64,000 nt of DNA from Gemmatimonadaceae bacterium. Its GTDB lineage: Bacteria; Gemmatimonadota; Gemmatimonadetes; Gemmatimonadales; Gemmatimonadaceae. This document shows, piece after piece, positions 25,990 through 35,797 of the stretch (positions are counted from its first letter, which is position 1; each line of letters opens with the position of its first letter). Both the position numbers and the translations under genes were made by a program. The stretch is from positions 384,001 through 448,000 of the forward strand of contig JBJMOW010000002.1 in the NCBI GenBank assembly GCA_045803545.1, read 5' to 3'. Below the pieces are notes generated by a model, which saw only the letters and a program-made list of their open reading frames with translations, did no database searches and was not told where the DNA came from.

Positions 25990-27137
25990 TGCTGAACTAT
26001 TTGCTTGTTCCGTTCGTCGGAGTGCCTCACTTCGGGTTTCTGCGGCTGTTTCAGTGGATCACCTTCCGTGCAGCTGGCGCAGCTGTCACCGCACTGCTGA
26101 TTACCTGGCTGATTGGTCCCGGCATCATGCGCCGGCTGCGTCGCATGCGCCTCCATCAGGTGATTCGGGAAGGGACCCCCGACGCGCACCAGCAGAAGGG
26201 AAGGACGCCGACGATGGGCGGGCTCATCATTCTTGGCGCGACGTTGATCAGCACGCTCATGTGGGCACGCCTCGACAACCGCTACGTGTTGATTGCGATG
26301 ATCTGCATGGCGTGGATGGGCGCGATCGGCTTCCTGGATGACTTTCTCAAGCTCAAACAGAAGCTGGCGGGAAAGAAAAACACGGGTCTGGTGGAGAGCT
26401 ACAAGCTGGCGGGGCAGATAACGCTCGGTTTCGCCGTCGGATACTACCTCTGGAAGCACCCACTCTCCTCTCTACCAGGCGCATCAACGACTCTGCCGTT
26501 TTACAAATACATCCTCATCGTGCCCGTCACGGCAGGTCTCGGTTGGCTCTACGTGTTGTTCGTGACGTTCGTGATGACCGGCGCCAGCAATGCCGTAAAC
26601 ATCACCGACGGACTCGACGGTCTTGCGGCCGGTCTGACGGCGATTGCCGCGCTCACTTTTGCGTTCTACGCCTACGTCGTTGGGCGCGTCGATGCGAGTC
26701 AGTACCTGCACGTTTACTTCCTGCGTGGCTCGGGCGAGCTGACTGTGTTTTGCGCTTCGCTGATGGGGGCTTGTATCGGGTTCCTTTGGTACAACACCCA
26801 TCCCGCCGAAGTCTTCATGGGCGACACCGGATCACTCGCGCTCGGCGGAGCACTCGCGGCCGTGTCGATTCTGTTGAAGTCCGAATTCCTGCTGCTGCTC
26901 GTCGGTGCCGTATTCGTTGCGGAAATGTTCTCGGTCATTCTGCAGCGGTTCGTGTTCAAGTATCGGAAGCGGAGATATGGCCTCGAGTACGCGCGTGAGC
27001 ATCGAGTGTTCAAGCGAGCGCCTTTGCATCATCACTTCGAGGTGAAAGGCTGGGATGAGGCGCAGGTCGTGGTGCGCTTCTGGATCCTTGGCGTTCTGTC
27101 CGCCTTTATTGCCCTGAGCACGCTGAAATTGAGATGA
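25989..27137 (+). CDS. mraY: Phospho-MurNAc-pentapeptide transferase
   Basis: KGRTPTMGG, NAVNITDGLDGLA, FMGDTGS, APLHHHFE. Confidence 0.97.
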   Translation: MLNYLLVPFVGVPHFGFLRLFQWITFRAAGAAVTALLITWLIGPGIMRRLRRMRLHQVIREGTPDAHQQKGRTPTMGGLIILGATLISTLMWARLDNRYVLIAMICMAWMGAIGFLDDFLKLKQKLAGKKNTGLVESYKLAGQITLGFAVGYYLWKHPLSSLPGASTTLPFYKYILIVPVTAGLGWLYVLFVTFVMTGASNAVNITDGLDGLAAGLTAIAALTFAFYAYVVGRVDASQYLHVYFLRGSGELTVFCASLMGACIGFLWYNTHPAEVFMGDTGSLALGGALAAVSILLKSEFLLLLVGAVFVAEMFSVILQRFVFKYRKRRYGLEYAREHRVFKRAPLHHHFEVKGWDEAQVVVRFWILGVLSAFIALSTLKLR

Positions 27138-28510
27138 CCCCGCGCGAGCTCGCGCCGCGCGAGAGCGAGATCGCCGTGATCGGTCTCGCTCGCAGCGGTC
27201 GCGCCGTTGCTACACTCCTCAAAAAGCACGGCTACAAGGTTTATGCGTCCGACATCGCATCGTCTCCCGACACCGGTCTCGTTGCAGAGCAGTTGCGTGC
27301 GCTCGGCGTCGCGGTGGACATCGGCGTTCACGATCTGGACCGCATTGCCAAATCTGCGCTCGTAGTCACCAGCCCCGGTGTGCCGCCTACGGCCAAGCCA
27401 CTCGCGTTCGCGAGGGAAAAGGGAATTACAGTGGCTAGCGAGGTTGAGATCGCCCTCAACTTCCTCGACGCTCCAAGCATCATCGCTACGACAGGAACCA
27501 ACGGCAAAACAACGACTACTGCGTTGATCGCACATTTGCTGCGGGGGCTAGATCGCAACGCTGTGGAAGCGGGCAACATCGGCACTCCACTTTCGGAGAT
27601 CGCGCTCCGCGAGCAGCAACCGAAGTGGATCTCGCTCGAAGTCTCCTCGTTTCAGCTGCACGACACACCCGGTATCAAGCCGCTGGTCGGGGTTCTAACC
27701 AACCTGAGTCCGGATCATCTCGACCGCTACTCGAGCGTGCAGGAATACTACGCGGACAAGGCGCGCCTTTTCGCCAATGCTTACGGAGAGTCGGCGTGGG
27801 TTGTGAATGGCGACGACAAGACGGTGATGCAGATGGTCGCCGATGTGGCTGGCCACAAATACACCTTCTCGCTGGTCGACGAGGCCGACGCTTTTCTCGA
27901 CCCCCGCACCGGAGAGCTGGTACTACTCGGCGCGCCTTTGCTCTCGCGCAAGGATCTCCCGCTGCTCGGCGCACACAACGTGGCCAATGCATTGGCGGCA
28001 TCGCTCGCAGTGGCAGCCGCCGATCGCGAGCACCAAACCCCGCAGGCGCGCAAAGGAATCGCCAAGGCGCTGGCGACCTTCCGGTCGTTGCCACACCGGC
28101 TCGAGCTCGTTGGCGAGTTCCATGGTGTGCAGTGGATCAACGATTCCAAAGCGACCAATGTCAGCTCAGCCGCTGTCGCGATTGACGGGATGGAGCGTCC
28201 GACCGTCCTATTGCTCGGTGGTCGTCACAAGGGCGAGACGTACACAGGACTGGCCGAGCCGATTCGCAGCAAGGTGAAGCGGGTGATCGCATACGGGGAG
28301 GCGGCATCGATCATCGCGCGTGATCTGCGACCGATAGTCGACGTGCTGAGACTGGGTACGGATTTCAACGAAGTGATGCACGCAGCGCGCGCCGCCGCGA
28401 AACCTGGCGATGCAGTGTTGCTGTCGCCGGCGTGCTCGAGTTACGACATGTTCGCGAATTATGAGGATAGGGGTGAGCGCTTCCGCGCGCTCGCCGCACA
28501 AGAAGCATGA
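27134..28510 (+). CDS. murD: UDP-MurNAc-L-Ala--D-Glu ligase
   Basis: TGTNGKTTT, EVSSFQL, DHLDRY, NDSKATN, LSPACSSYDMF. Confidence 0.97.
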   Translation: MTPRELAPRESEIAVIGLARSGRAVATLLKKHGYKVYASDIASSPDTGLVAEQLRALGVAVDIGVHDLDRIAKSALVVTSPGVPPTAKPLAFAREKGITVASEVEIALNFLDAPSIIATTGTNGKTTTTALIAHLLRGLDRNAVEAGNIGTPLSEIALREQQPKWISLEVSSFQLHDTPGIKPLVGVLTNLSPDHLDRYSSVQEYYADKARLFANAYGESAWVVNGDDKTVMQMVADVAGHKYTFSLVDEADAFLDPRTGELVLLGAPLLSRKDLPLLGAHNVANALAASLAVAAADREHQTPQARKGIAKALATFRSLPHRLELVGEFHGVQWINDSKATNVSSAAVAIDGMERPTVLLLGGRHKGETYTGLAEPIRSKVKRVIAYGEAASIIARDLRPIVDVLRLGTDFNEVMHAARAAAKPGDAVLLSPACSSYDMFANYEDRGERFRALAAQEA

Positions 28511-29688
28511 GTGAAACTTCGATCGGCATAACACAACGCTGGCAAATGGGCGCTGAAGCGCGCGCGCTGGTAATCCTGACCGGCGTCATGCTCGCGTTCG
28601 GTCTGGCGTCGGTATACAGCGCCAGTGCCATCGTCGAGATGGAGGCGGGCTACGGTCACGCGTACCTGCTGCTGCGTCAGGTTGGGGGCATCGCGATCGG
28701 GATCATCCTGTTTGCCATCGCAGCGAAGGTCGACGCTCAGATCTGGGAGAAGTGGGCCGGGCCGCTGATGATACTTTCACTGGTTCTGCTCGCTATCGTC
28801 ATTCTCCCGTTCACAGCCGCGATTGCACCGCGGGTTCACGGGTCACGGCGTTATTTATTCGGTACTTCGCTTCAACCGTCGGAGCTCGCCAAACTCGCGG
28901 TCGTCGTCTGGACTGCGATGCTGGTAGTAAAGAAAGGCGAGATGCTTCGTCGGTTGACCAAAGGTCTCCTGCCATTCCTGGTTGTTATTGGCGCGTTGGA
29001 CCTGCTCGCAATGCTCGAGCCTGATTTGTCTACCGCGATGATGTTCACGCTGATGATGGGAATCATACTCTTTGCCGGGGACGTGCGGATTGGACATTTC
29101 GTCGCCCTCGGCGTGCTGCTGATTCCATTGGTTTACGTGAAGATCGAACGCCTGAACTACGTTTTGCTGCGGATGTCGGCTTTTTTTGATCCAGGCAAAG
29201 CACCAGAGGTGAACTACCAGCTCAAACAATCGTTGATTGCCGTCGGATCGGGTCAGATCTTTGGCGTCGGCTTTGGGAAGGGCAGACAGCAATACGGATT
29301 CCTCCCATTCGGATACGACGACTTCATCGCGGCCCATATTGGAGAAGAGTGGGGCTTTATCGGAATCGTGCTCCTGATAATTGCGTTCGCAGTTTTTGGT
29401 GCGCTGGGTTTCAGAATCGCGCGGAAGGCACGCACGCCCTTTCTCCAGCTCGTCGCCGTTGGGCTGACCGTCACTGTTGTGCTGACAGCTTACCTCCATA
29501 TCGGCGTGGCAATCGGTTTGCTTCCCACAACCGGGTTGACCCTCCCATTTATTTCTTACGGTCGCTCTAACCTTGTGCTCTCGCTCGTAATGACTGGCAT
29601 CCTCGTCAATATCGGCAGTACGCGCGGCAGTTCTTCGACGCGTACCACAACCGGCCCTGTTGGTCTGCTCGCGCTGCCAGCGCGATGA
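28507..29688 (+). CDS. ftsW: SEDS peptidoglycan polymerase FtsW
   Basis: Multi-TM protein; LQPSELAK, EPDLST, IGEEWG, TGLTLPFISYG. Confidence 0.95.
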   Translation: MSETSIGITQRWQMGAEARALVILTGVMLAFGLASVYSASAIVEMEAGYGHAYLLLRQVGGIAIGIILFAIAAKVDAQIWEKWAGPLMILSLVLLAIVILPFTAAIAPRVHGSRRYLFGTSLQPSELAKLAVVVWTAMLVVKKGEMLRRLTKGLLPFLVVIGALDLLAMLEPDLSTAMMFTLMMGIILFAGDVRIGHFVALGVLLIPLVYVKIERLNYVLLRMSAFFDPGKAPEVNYQLKQSLIAVGSGQIFGVGFGKGRQQYGFLPFGYDDFIAAHIGEEWGFIGIVLLIIAFAVFGALGFRIARKARTPFLQLVAVGLTVTVVLTAYLHIGVAIGLLPTTGLTLPFISYGRSNLVLSLVMTGILVNIGSTRGSSSTRTTTGPVGLLALPAR

Positions 29689-30785
29689 GGGTTTTCTTTG
29701 CCGGAGGCGGCACGGGTGGACACCTCTATCCCGGCCTCGCCATCGCTCGCGCACTCCGACAAGCTGACTCACACATAGAGCCATTCTTCATCGGCGCGCG
29801 CCGCGGGATCGAGAAAGACGTGTTGCCGCAAGCAGGATTCGCTTTCGAGCTGCTCGATCTCCATCCACTCTATCGCTCGCGTCCCTGGGAGAACTGGAAA
29901 ACCATTCGCGGCGCACTCGGTTCCTGGCGCCAGATTGCGGCTGAAGCGAGGAGCGAGGCGCCCGCGTGCGTCGTGGGCACCGGCGGCTATGCATCCGGGC
30001 TCGCGCTCGGTTACGCAACCGTGCACCACATTCCGTTCATCCTTCAGGAACAGAATAACTTTCCGGGAATCACAGCTCGCTTCTTCAGCCGGTACGCGTC
30101 TCAGGTACACCTCGGATTTCCCGAGGCGCGTCGATACCTGAAGCCGTCGAAGCAGACTGAAGTCTTTGACACCGGCAATCCGATCGAGCCGCCGCCTGCT
30201 GATGCTCAGAACAAGCGAGCGGGTCGAGCCCACTGGAAGTTCCCATCCGAAGGAAAGGTGCTGCTCGTCTACGGCGGCAGTCAGGGATCGCAGGCGATGA
30301 ACGAAGTCGTCGCAAAATGGATCGATAAGGGATTGCCACGCGATCTCCATATCATCTGGGCGACCGGCAAAGCGAATTACGATAAGCTGGCGCATTACGA
30401 AAGCGCGGCCGTCAAAGTGCGCGCGTACATCGCTCCAATTTCTGAAGCCTATCGCGCTGCGGATTTCGCATTGTCTCGTGGCGGGGCGATGGCGACCGCG
30501 GAGCTATGCGCGTGGGGCATCCCGGCAATCGTAGTCCCCCTACCGACTGCCGCCGCCGACCATCAAACAGCCAATGCAAAGGCGCTCGCCGCTGCCGGCG
30601 CCGCGGAGATGATTCGCCAATCGCAGCTCTCGGTCGACTCGTTATCGAGTTCGGTCGAGTCGATGCTGCGCGACCCCGCAAAGTTGACACAGATGCGAGA
30701 GAAAGCGCTGCAGCGAGCGCGGCCGAACGCAGCGGCGGACATCGCCAAACAGATCTTACGCCTCGTCGCTAGCAGCAAGCGCTGA
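29685..30785 (+). CDS. murG: Lipid I GlcNAc transferase
   Basis: GGGTGGHLYP, GTGGYAS, QEQN, GGSQGS, DHQTANA. Confidence 0.97.
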   Translation: MRVFFAGGGTGGHLYPGLAIARALRQADSHIEPFFIGARRGIEKDVLPQAGFAFELLDLHPLYRSRPWENWKTIRGALGSWRQIAAEARSEAPACVVGTGGYASGLALGYATVHHIPFILQEQNNFPGITARFFSRYASQVHLGFPEARRYLKPSKQTEVFDTGNPIEPPPADAQNKRAGRAHWKFPSEGKVLLVYGGSQGSQAMNEVVAKWIDKGLPRDLHIIWATGKANYDKLAHYESAAVKVRAYIAPISEAYRAADFALSRGGAMATAELCAWGIPAIVVPLPTAAADHQTANAKALAAAGAAEMIRQSQLSVDSLSSSVESMLRDPAKLTQMREKALQRARPNAAADIAKQILRLVASSKR

Positions 30786-30819
30786 GCACGCGGCCTGCGC
30801 GGCGCTTAACCTTCACACG

Positions 30820-32190
30820 ATGACCAACAACGACACGCGTCCGATTCACTTCGTCGGGATCGCCGGCGCGGGAATGCGTGCGCTCGCCGAGCTGCTGGTA
30901 CGTCGAGGCGTTGCGGTGTCCGGCTGCGATGCCAATCCCGGTAGAGTCGAAGATCTGGAGGCGTTGGGCATCAAAGTCCTGAAAGGACACAGCCCTGATC
31001 ACGTGGACAGCGCGCGCGAGCTCATTGTGACGTCGGCCATGAATCGCAATCACCCCGAGATCGTGCGCGCCCGCGAGCTTGGGATTCCGGTGACCCGGCG
31101 CGCGGAAGCGCTGGCCAAAGCCGTTGAGCACGGCAAGGTCGTCGGCGTGGCGGGCACTCATGGAAAAACCACGACGACCGTAATGACGACAGCCGCACTC
31201 GCAGGAGCCGGTCTCCACCCGACTGGAATTGCGGGTGGTCGAGTAGGCGAGTGGAACGGCAATCTGCGCTACGAGGGCGATGAACTATTTGTCGTGGAGG
31301 CAGACGAATATGATCGCTCTTTTCTGACTCTTTCCCCAACGATCGCCGTAGTAACAAACGTTGAAGCCGATCACCTCGACATCTATCGCGATCTCGACGA
31401 CATCCGATCCAGCTTCGCGCATTTCGTTCGCGGCGCTGCCGCGATCGTCCTTTGCGACGATGACGCCGGGGCTCACTCTCTCGAGCTGCCGCCGAGCGCT
31501 GAGGTGATTCGATTTGGTCTTACATCGCGCGATGCTCGCCTGGTCGCGCGCGATGTGAGACCGAGCGGCGACCGAACCCGCTTCTCGATCGAGTACGACG
31601 GTGACGCGCTTGGGGAGATTGACCTGCGGGTCCCTGGAAATCACAACATTCAGAACGCGCTGGCGGCGATTGGCGTCGGTCTCTCCCTCGGCGTAAAGGT
31701 GGAAGAGATGCGACTTGGGCTTGCAGGCTTCGGTGGGGTCGACCGGAGATTCCAGCGCCTTTGCGAGGTGAAGGGCGTGATCATCATCGACGATTACGCC
31801 CACCATCCCACTGAGATCATGGCGACGTTGCAGGCGGCGCGGTCTGCTTATCCAGGCCGCCGCATCATTGCGGCGTTTCAGCCGCATCTCTTCTCCCGAA
31901 CGCGTGACTTTGCGAGTGAGTTCGGCGGAGCGCTTGCGAAAGCCGATTCAATTTTCCTCGTGGAGATCTATCCGGCTCGAGAGCAGCCCATTGATGGCGT
32001 GTCGTCGGAGCTGATCGCGTCGGCTTTACACAACAATGGGCGTAGCACCGATTGGCAGGGCAGCCGAGCCGATCTGGCGCCGGCGCTTTGTGACTTCGTC
32101 AGGGATGGCGATGTCGTTCTGACGATCGGTGCCGGTGACATCACGAAAACCGGCCCGGAGCTCAGGACCGCTCTCGAAGCCAAGCAATGA
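30820..32190 (+). CDS. murC: UDP-MurNAc--L-Ala ligase
   Basis: HFVGIAGAGM, GTHGKTTTT, EADEYDRSF, DDYAHHPTE, FQPH. Confidence 0.97.
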   Translation: MTNNDTRPIHFVGIAGAGMRALAELLVRRGVAVSGCDANPGRVEDLEALGIKVLKGHSPDHVDSARELIVTSAMNRNHPEIVRARELGIPVTRRAEALAKAVEHGKVVGVAGTHGKTTTTVMTTAALAGAGLHPTGIAGGRVGEWNGNLRYEGDELFVVEADEYDRSFLTLSPTIAVVTNVEADHLDIYRDLDDIRSSFAHFVRGAAAIVLCDDDAGAHSLELPPSAEVIRFGLTSRDARLVARDVRPSGDRTRFSIEYDGDALGEIDLRVPGNHNIQNALAAIGVGLSLGVKVEEMRLGLAGFGGVDRRFQRLCEVKGVIIIDDYAHHPTEIMATLQAARSAYPGRRIIAAFQPHLFSRTRDFASEFGGALAKADSIFLVEIYPAREQPIDGVSSELIASALHNNGRSTDWQGSRADLAPALCDFVRDGDVVLTIGAGDITKTGPELRTALEAKQ

Positions 32191-32942
32191 TTCCTCGCGA
32201 ACGTCTTCACAAGCCAGGTTGGAAGATCCTTGGGGTTCTTCTCCTCGTCGCCATTATCATGGCCGCGGGCTATGGGGTGAGGGCGGCCGGTCGGGAGATG
32301 GCATTCTTCCGCATTCGCAAAGTCGAGATTCGCGGCGCGCGGTATTTGTCCAGCAGCGAAATCATCTCCCGTCTCAAGGTTGACACGCTCGCCTCGCTTT
32401 GGGATGACCTGGAGCCGTACCGCGAAAGGGTACGGCATCATCCGCAGGTCTCCGATGTCAAAGTTTCGCGTCGTTTGCCGGGCACACTGGTGGTCAGTAT
32501 CAGAGAGAATCCACCAGTCGCATTGATGCAGACATCGACGGGACTCCTGCCGTACGACTCACTCGGCAAGCAGCTTCCAATCGATCCGGCACGGACGAGC
32601 CTCGATCTTCCAATTGTTGCGACTGGCGATCCCGTTCTTCTTAAGCTCGTCGGGGCAATCCGTGCGGCCGAGCCGCAAGTGTTCGCGCGCATCGAGGAAG
32701 TGAGACGAACAGGGCGAGATGAGATACTGCTAACGCTCTCCCGTTCTCTCGATTCCGCCGGGCGCGTGAACGAATCTCCGACTGCGGCATCGCGAGCGTT
32801 GCACGTTCGCGTACCCGTAGGACTGTCAGTGGACCGGCTTGCCGATATCTTTCCCGTGGAAAGCGATCTCGCTCGCAGGCAGGTACACGTCGATGAGCTC
32901 GATTTACGTTATCGCGATCAAGTGATCGCAAGGCTGCAATGA
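32187..32942 (+). CDS. ftsQ: Cell division protein FtsQ/DivIB
   Basis: N-terminal TM, POTRA-like region (VSRRLPGTLVVSIRE), C-terminal LDLRYRDQVI. Confidence 0.9.
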   Translation: MIPRERLHKPGWKILGVLLLVAIIMAAGYGVRAAGREMAFFRIRKVEIRGARYLSSSEIISRLKVDTLASLWDDLEPYRERVRHHPQVSDVKVSRRLPGTLVVSIRENPPVALMQTSTGLLPYDSLGKQLPIDPARTSLDLPIVATGDPVLLKLVGAIRAAEPQVFARIEEVRRTGRDEILLTLSRSLDSAGRVNESPTAASRALHVRVPVGLSVDRLADIFPVESDLARRQVHVDELDLRYRDQVIARLQ

Positions 32943-34198
32943 CTTCGGAACGCATTATCATCGCTGGTCTCGACATTGGATCGGCCAAGACTACTGCCGT
33001 GATCGGGCAGGCTGTTTCCGCTGATGCCAGGAGCGGGGCCTATCTGAGAATCCTTGGTGTCGGCCAGGCGCGCACCACCGGCCTTCGCAAAGGAATCGTC
33101 TCGGACATCGAAGAGACGACGCGGTCGATCAAGAAAGCGATCGAAGACGCGGAGCGAATGGCGGGCGTGAAGGTCGATTCGATCTACGTCGGCATCGCCG
33201 GCGAGCACGTGCGAGCGATGATCAGCAAGGGTATAGTCGCGGTGAACGGCGACGAAATCTCAAAGGGTGATGTCGATCGCGCGAACGATGTGGCGCGTGC
33301 CCAGCCAGTTCCGCAGGACAGAGAGCTGTTGCACGCGATACCGCAGGAATACAGCGTCGACAAGAATCAGGGCATTCGCGATCCGATCGGCATGATCGGC
33401 ACGCGCCTCGAGACGGAGATGTATCTGGTCACGATCGGTGCATCGCCGGCGATGAATCTGCGCAAAGCAGTCGAGCGCGCCGGCTATCAGATTCGCGAAT
33501 TGGTGCTCGAGCCACTCGCCAGCGCGATGAGCGTACTCACCGAAGACGAAAAGGAGCTCGGTGTCGCGCTAGTCGAGATGGGAGCGGGGACGACCGACAT
33601 TGCCGTGTTCCACGAAGGGAAGATCCGATATCTCGGCACCGTCAACTACGGCGGCAACAATGTCACGAGCGACATCGTGCAGGGCATTGGCGTCACGCAG
33701 GCGGATGCGGAGCGATTGAAGGAAAGATTCGGCTGCGCCTACGAGCCGCTGGTCGATCCGAACGAAGTCATTCAGCTGCCGAGCACGGTTGCGCAGGGCG
33801 AGCGTCACGTTCCGCGCGAAGTCCTGGCGCACATCATCCATCAGCGGATGGACGAGATATTCAACCTCGCGCTCAGCGAGATTCAGCGCGCCGGTTTCGC
33901 GCAGCGTTTGAACGGCGGAGTGGTGATCACCGGCGGCGCTGGTGCGATGCAGGGTGTTGGCGAGCTTGCAGCGGACGTGTTCGGTACCGGCGTGCGCATT
34001 GGCTTACCCGAGGAGAACCTCGGCGGTTTGAGCGATGCCGTGCAGGCACCACGCTTTTCAACTGTCGTGGGGTTGGCTCTGTACGGTGCGCATCGGACGG
34101 CGGGTGACTTCGGTCAGAACGGCAAACGCGCGCTCGCCGGTGTTGGCGTCGATCGCTTTACGAAGCGAATCAAGACGTGGCTCGAGGATTTCTTCTAA
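32939..34198 (+). CDS. ftsA: Cell division protein FtsA
   Basis: GLDIGSAK, GAGTTDI, VITGGA, amphipathic C-terminal helix RIKTWLEDFF. Confidence 0.97.
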   Translation: MTSERIIIAGLDIGSAKTTAVIGQAVSADARSGAYLRILGVGQARTTGLRKGIVSDIEETTRSIKKAIEDAERMAGVKVDSIYVGIAGEHVRAMISKGIVAVNGDEISKGDVDRANDVARAQPVPQDRELLHAIPQEYSVDKNQGIRDPIGMIGTRLETEMYLVTIGASPAMNLRKAVERAGYQIRELVLEPLASAMSVLTEDEKELGVALVEMGAGTTDIAVFHEGKIRYLGTVNYGGNNVTSDIVQGIGVTQADAERLKERFGCAYEPLVDPNEVIQLPSTVAQGERHVPREVLAHIIHQRMDEIFNLALSEIQRAGFAQRLNGGVVITGGAGAMQGVGELAADVFGTGVRIGLPEENLGGLSDAVQAPRFSTVVGLALYGAHRTAGDFGQNGKRALAGVGVDRFTKRIKTWLEDFF

Positions 34199-34199
34199 G

Positions 34200-34398
34200 A
34201 ACTGCGAACTTAGAAGCGAACTACCGCGCTATTAGCTGATAGCAGCTAGCTGATAGCTATTCGCTGCCTGCGACGGGACAGACCTCGGTCCCATTCCACC
34301 ACACAACTGGTTGTCGTCAGCGCAGTCGCGATCTGTCCCGTTGCAGGCAGCCATCAGCTAACAGCCTGCTGCTATCAGCTATCAGCGGGGTCGTTCGC
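34200..34398. repeat. Long inverted-repeat element with heptamer-like (GCTGATA) arms
   Basis: Arms 34216-34282 and 34332-34398 are reverse complements at 56/67 positions with no gaps (manual alignment); 49-nt loop. Confidence 0.9.
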
Positions 34399-34449
34399 GT
34401 TTCTGCATTTTCGCCCGAAGAAATCATAAAGCTGAAGGCGCCAAGAGAA

Positions 34450-34458
34450 TGTGGATAA
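34450..34458 (-). promoter_or_regulatory. DnaA box (perfect TTATCCACA on the minus strand)
   Basis: TGTGGATAA on the plus strand, upstream of ftsZ. Confidence 0.6.
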
Positions 34459-34549
34459 CTCACTTGACACCCGTTGTACTTTTTTTCGCCCCTGCTCGTC
34501 TTTGCCTATGGTACGAATCGACTAACGGGCTTATGTTAGCCCGAGATTT

Positions 34550-34558
34550 TTTTCCACA
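34550..34558 (+). promoter_or_regulatory. DnaA box (TTTTCCACA, fits TTWTNCACA)
   Basis: Opposite orientation to the first box, exactly 100 bp downstream of it and 30 nt before the ftsZ ATG. Confidence 0.5.
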
Positions 34559-34588
34559 TACCCCGTTCGTCACGGAGTTTCCGACGCG

Positions 34589-35797
34589 ATGATTTTTGAA
34601 TTCGAGGAGAACACCTCGCAAGCCGCCAGAATGAAGGTGATTGGCGTTGGTGGGGGAGGTGGAAATGCCGTCAATCGGATGATCGAAGAGCACCTCGAAG
34701 GGGTCGAATTCATCTCCGTCAATACCGACGCACAGGCCCTCCTGAATTCGAAGTCAGATGTCAAAATTCAGATAGGTAAGAAGCTAACTCGCGGCTTGGG
34801 AGCTGGTGCGCGTCCCGAAATTGGCCGCCAGGCGATCGACGAAAGCAGGGAAGAAGTTGCTCGCGCGATGCACAACGCCGACCTCGTGTTTGTCACCTGC
34901 GGAATGGGCGGTGGAACAGGCACTGGTGCAGCACCTGTCCTCTGTGAGCTTGCCAGAGAGGCTGGGGCGCTGACCGTCGGCATCGTCACCAAGCCGTTCC
35001 TGTTTGAAGGCCGCAAGCGTATGCGCCAGGCCGAGCTCGGCATCGCTGAGATGCGGAAGAACGTCGACACGATGATCGTGGTACCGAACGAGAGACTGCT
35101 TGCCGTCGTCGGCAAAGGCATCCCGTTCCAGGACGCGCTCAAGAAAGCCGACGAAGTGCTGCTTCATGCCACTCAGGGAATCAGCTCGCTGATCAGCGTT
35201 ACGGGCCTTGTAAACGTCGACTTCGCCGACGTCCGCACCGTCATGCAGGAAGGTGGCTCGGCGCTGATGGGCACCGGCATTGGCCGCGGTGAGAACCGCG
35301 CCATTGAAGCCGCCCAGCAGGCGATTGCCAGCCCGCTGCTCGACAACGTGTCGATCTCCGGCGCTACCGGCGTTCTGGTCAACATCACCGGCGGGGCTGA
35401 CCTCACCCTGGGTGAAGTCCACCAGATCAACGAGATCATCCACGACGCAGTCGGGGAAGAAGCCGAGATCATCTTTGGCGCGGTCCACGAGCCTGCGATG
35501 CAGGGTGAGATCAGAGTCACCGTCATCGCGACGGGATTCGATCGGGCGCCCAGCCAGACGTCGGTTCCGGCCGCCCAGCCGGTTGCGACGCAGTCGCCGA
35601 TCTTGCGCGGCGCACCGGTGATTCCGCTCCGCCCGCCGCGTGCAAATGGGGTCACCAGACCACCCCTCGAACTGCCTCCAAGACGGAACACACCGACGAG
35701 TAATCCGCTGGTGACGCCAGAGCGAGATCGATCGTCTCCCGAGCAGGATCTCAGCGATATGGAGATACCGACATTTATTCGGAGACAGATGGATTGA
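34589..35797 (+). CDS. ftsZ: Cell division protein FtsZ
   Basis: [25 protein letters not shown]-terminal [13 protein letters not shown]. Confidence 0.99.
   Translation: MIFEFEENTSQAARMKVIGVGGGGGNAVNRMIEEHLEGVEFISVNTDAQALLNSKSDVKIQIGKKLTRGLGAGARPEIGRQAIDESREEVARAMHNADLVFVTCGMGGGTGTGAAPVLCELAREAGALTVGIVTKPFLFEGRKRMRQAELGIAEMRKNVDTMIVVPNERLLAVVGKGIPFQDALKKADEVLLHATQGISSLISVTGLVNVDFADVRTVMQEGGSALMGTGIGRGENRAIEAAQQAIASPLLDNVSISGATGVLVNITGGADLTLGEVHQINEIIHDAVGEEAEIIFGAVHEPAMQGEIRVTVIATGFDRAPSQTSVPAAQPVATQSPILRGAPVIPLRPPRANGVTRPPLELPPRRNTPTSNPLVTPERDRSSPEQDLSDMEIPTFIRRQMD

Noticed and set aside
34464..34492. TTGACA as a complete sigma70 promoter
   Set aside because: No acceptable -10 hexamer at 16-18 nt spacing, so it is not listed as a promoter.
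34199..34588. Possible oriC or CRISPR array in the ftsA-ftsZ gap
   Set aside because: Only two DnaA boxes, no clear unwinding element and no dnaA or dnaN nearby; the repeats are inverted, with no repeat-spacer periodicity and no cas genes.
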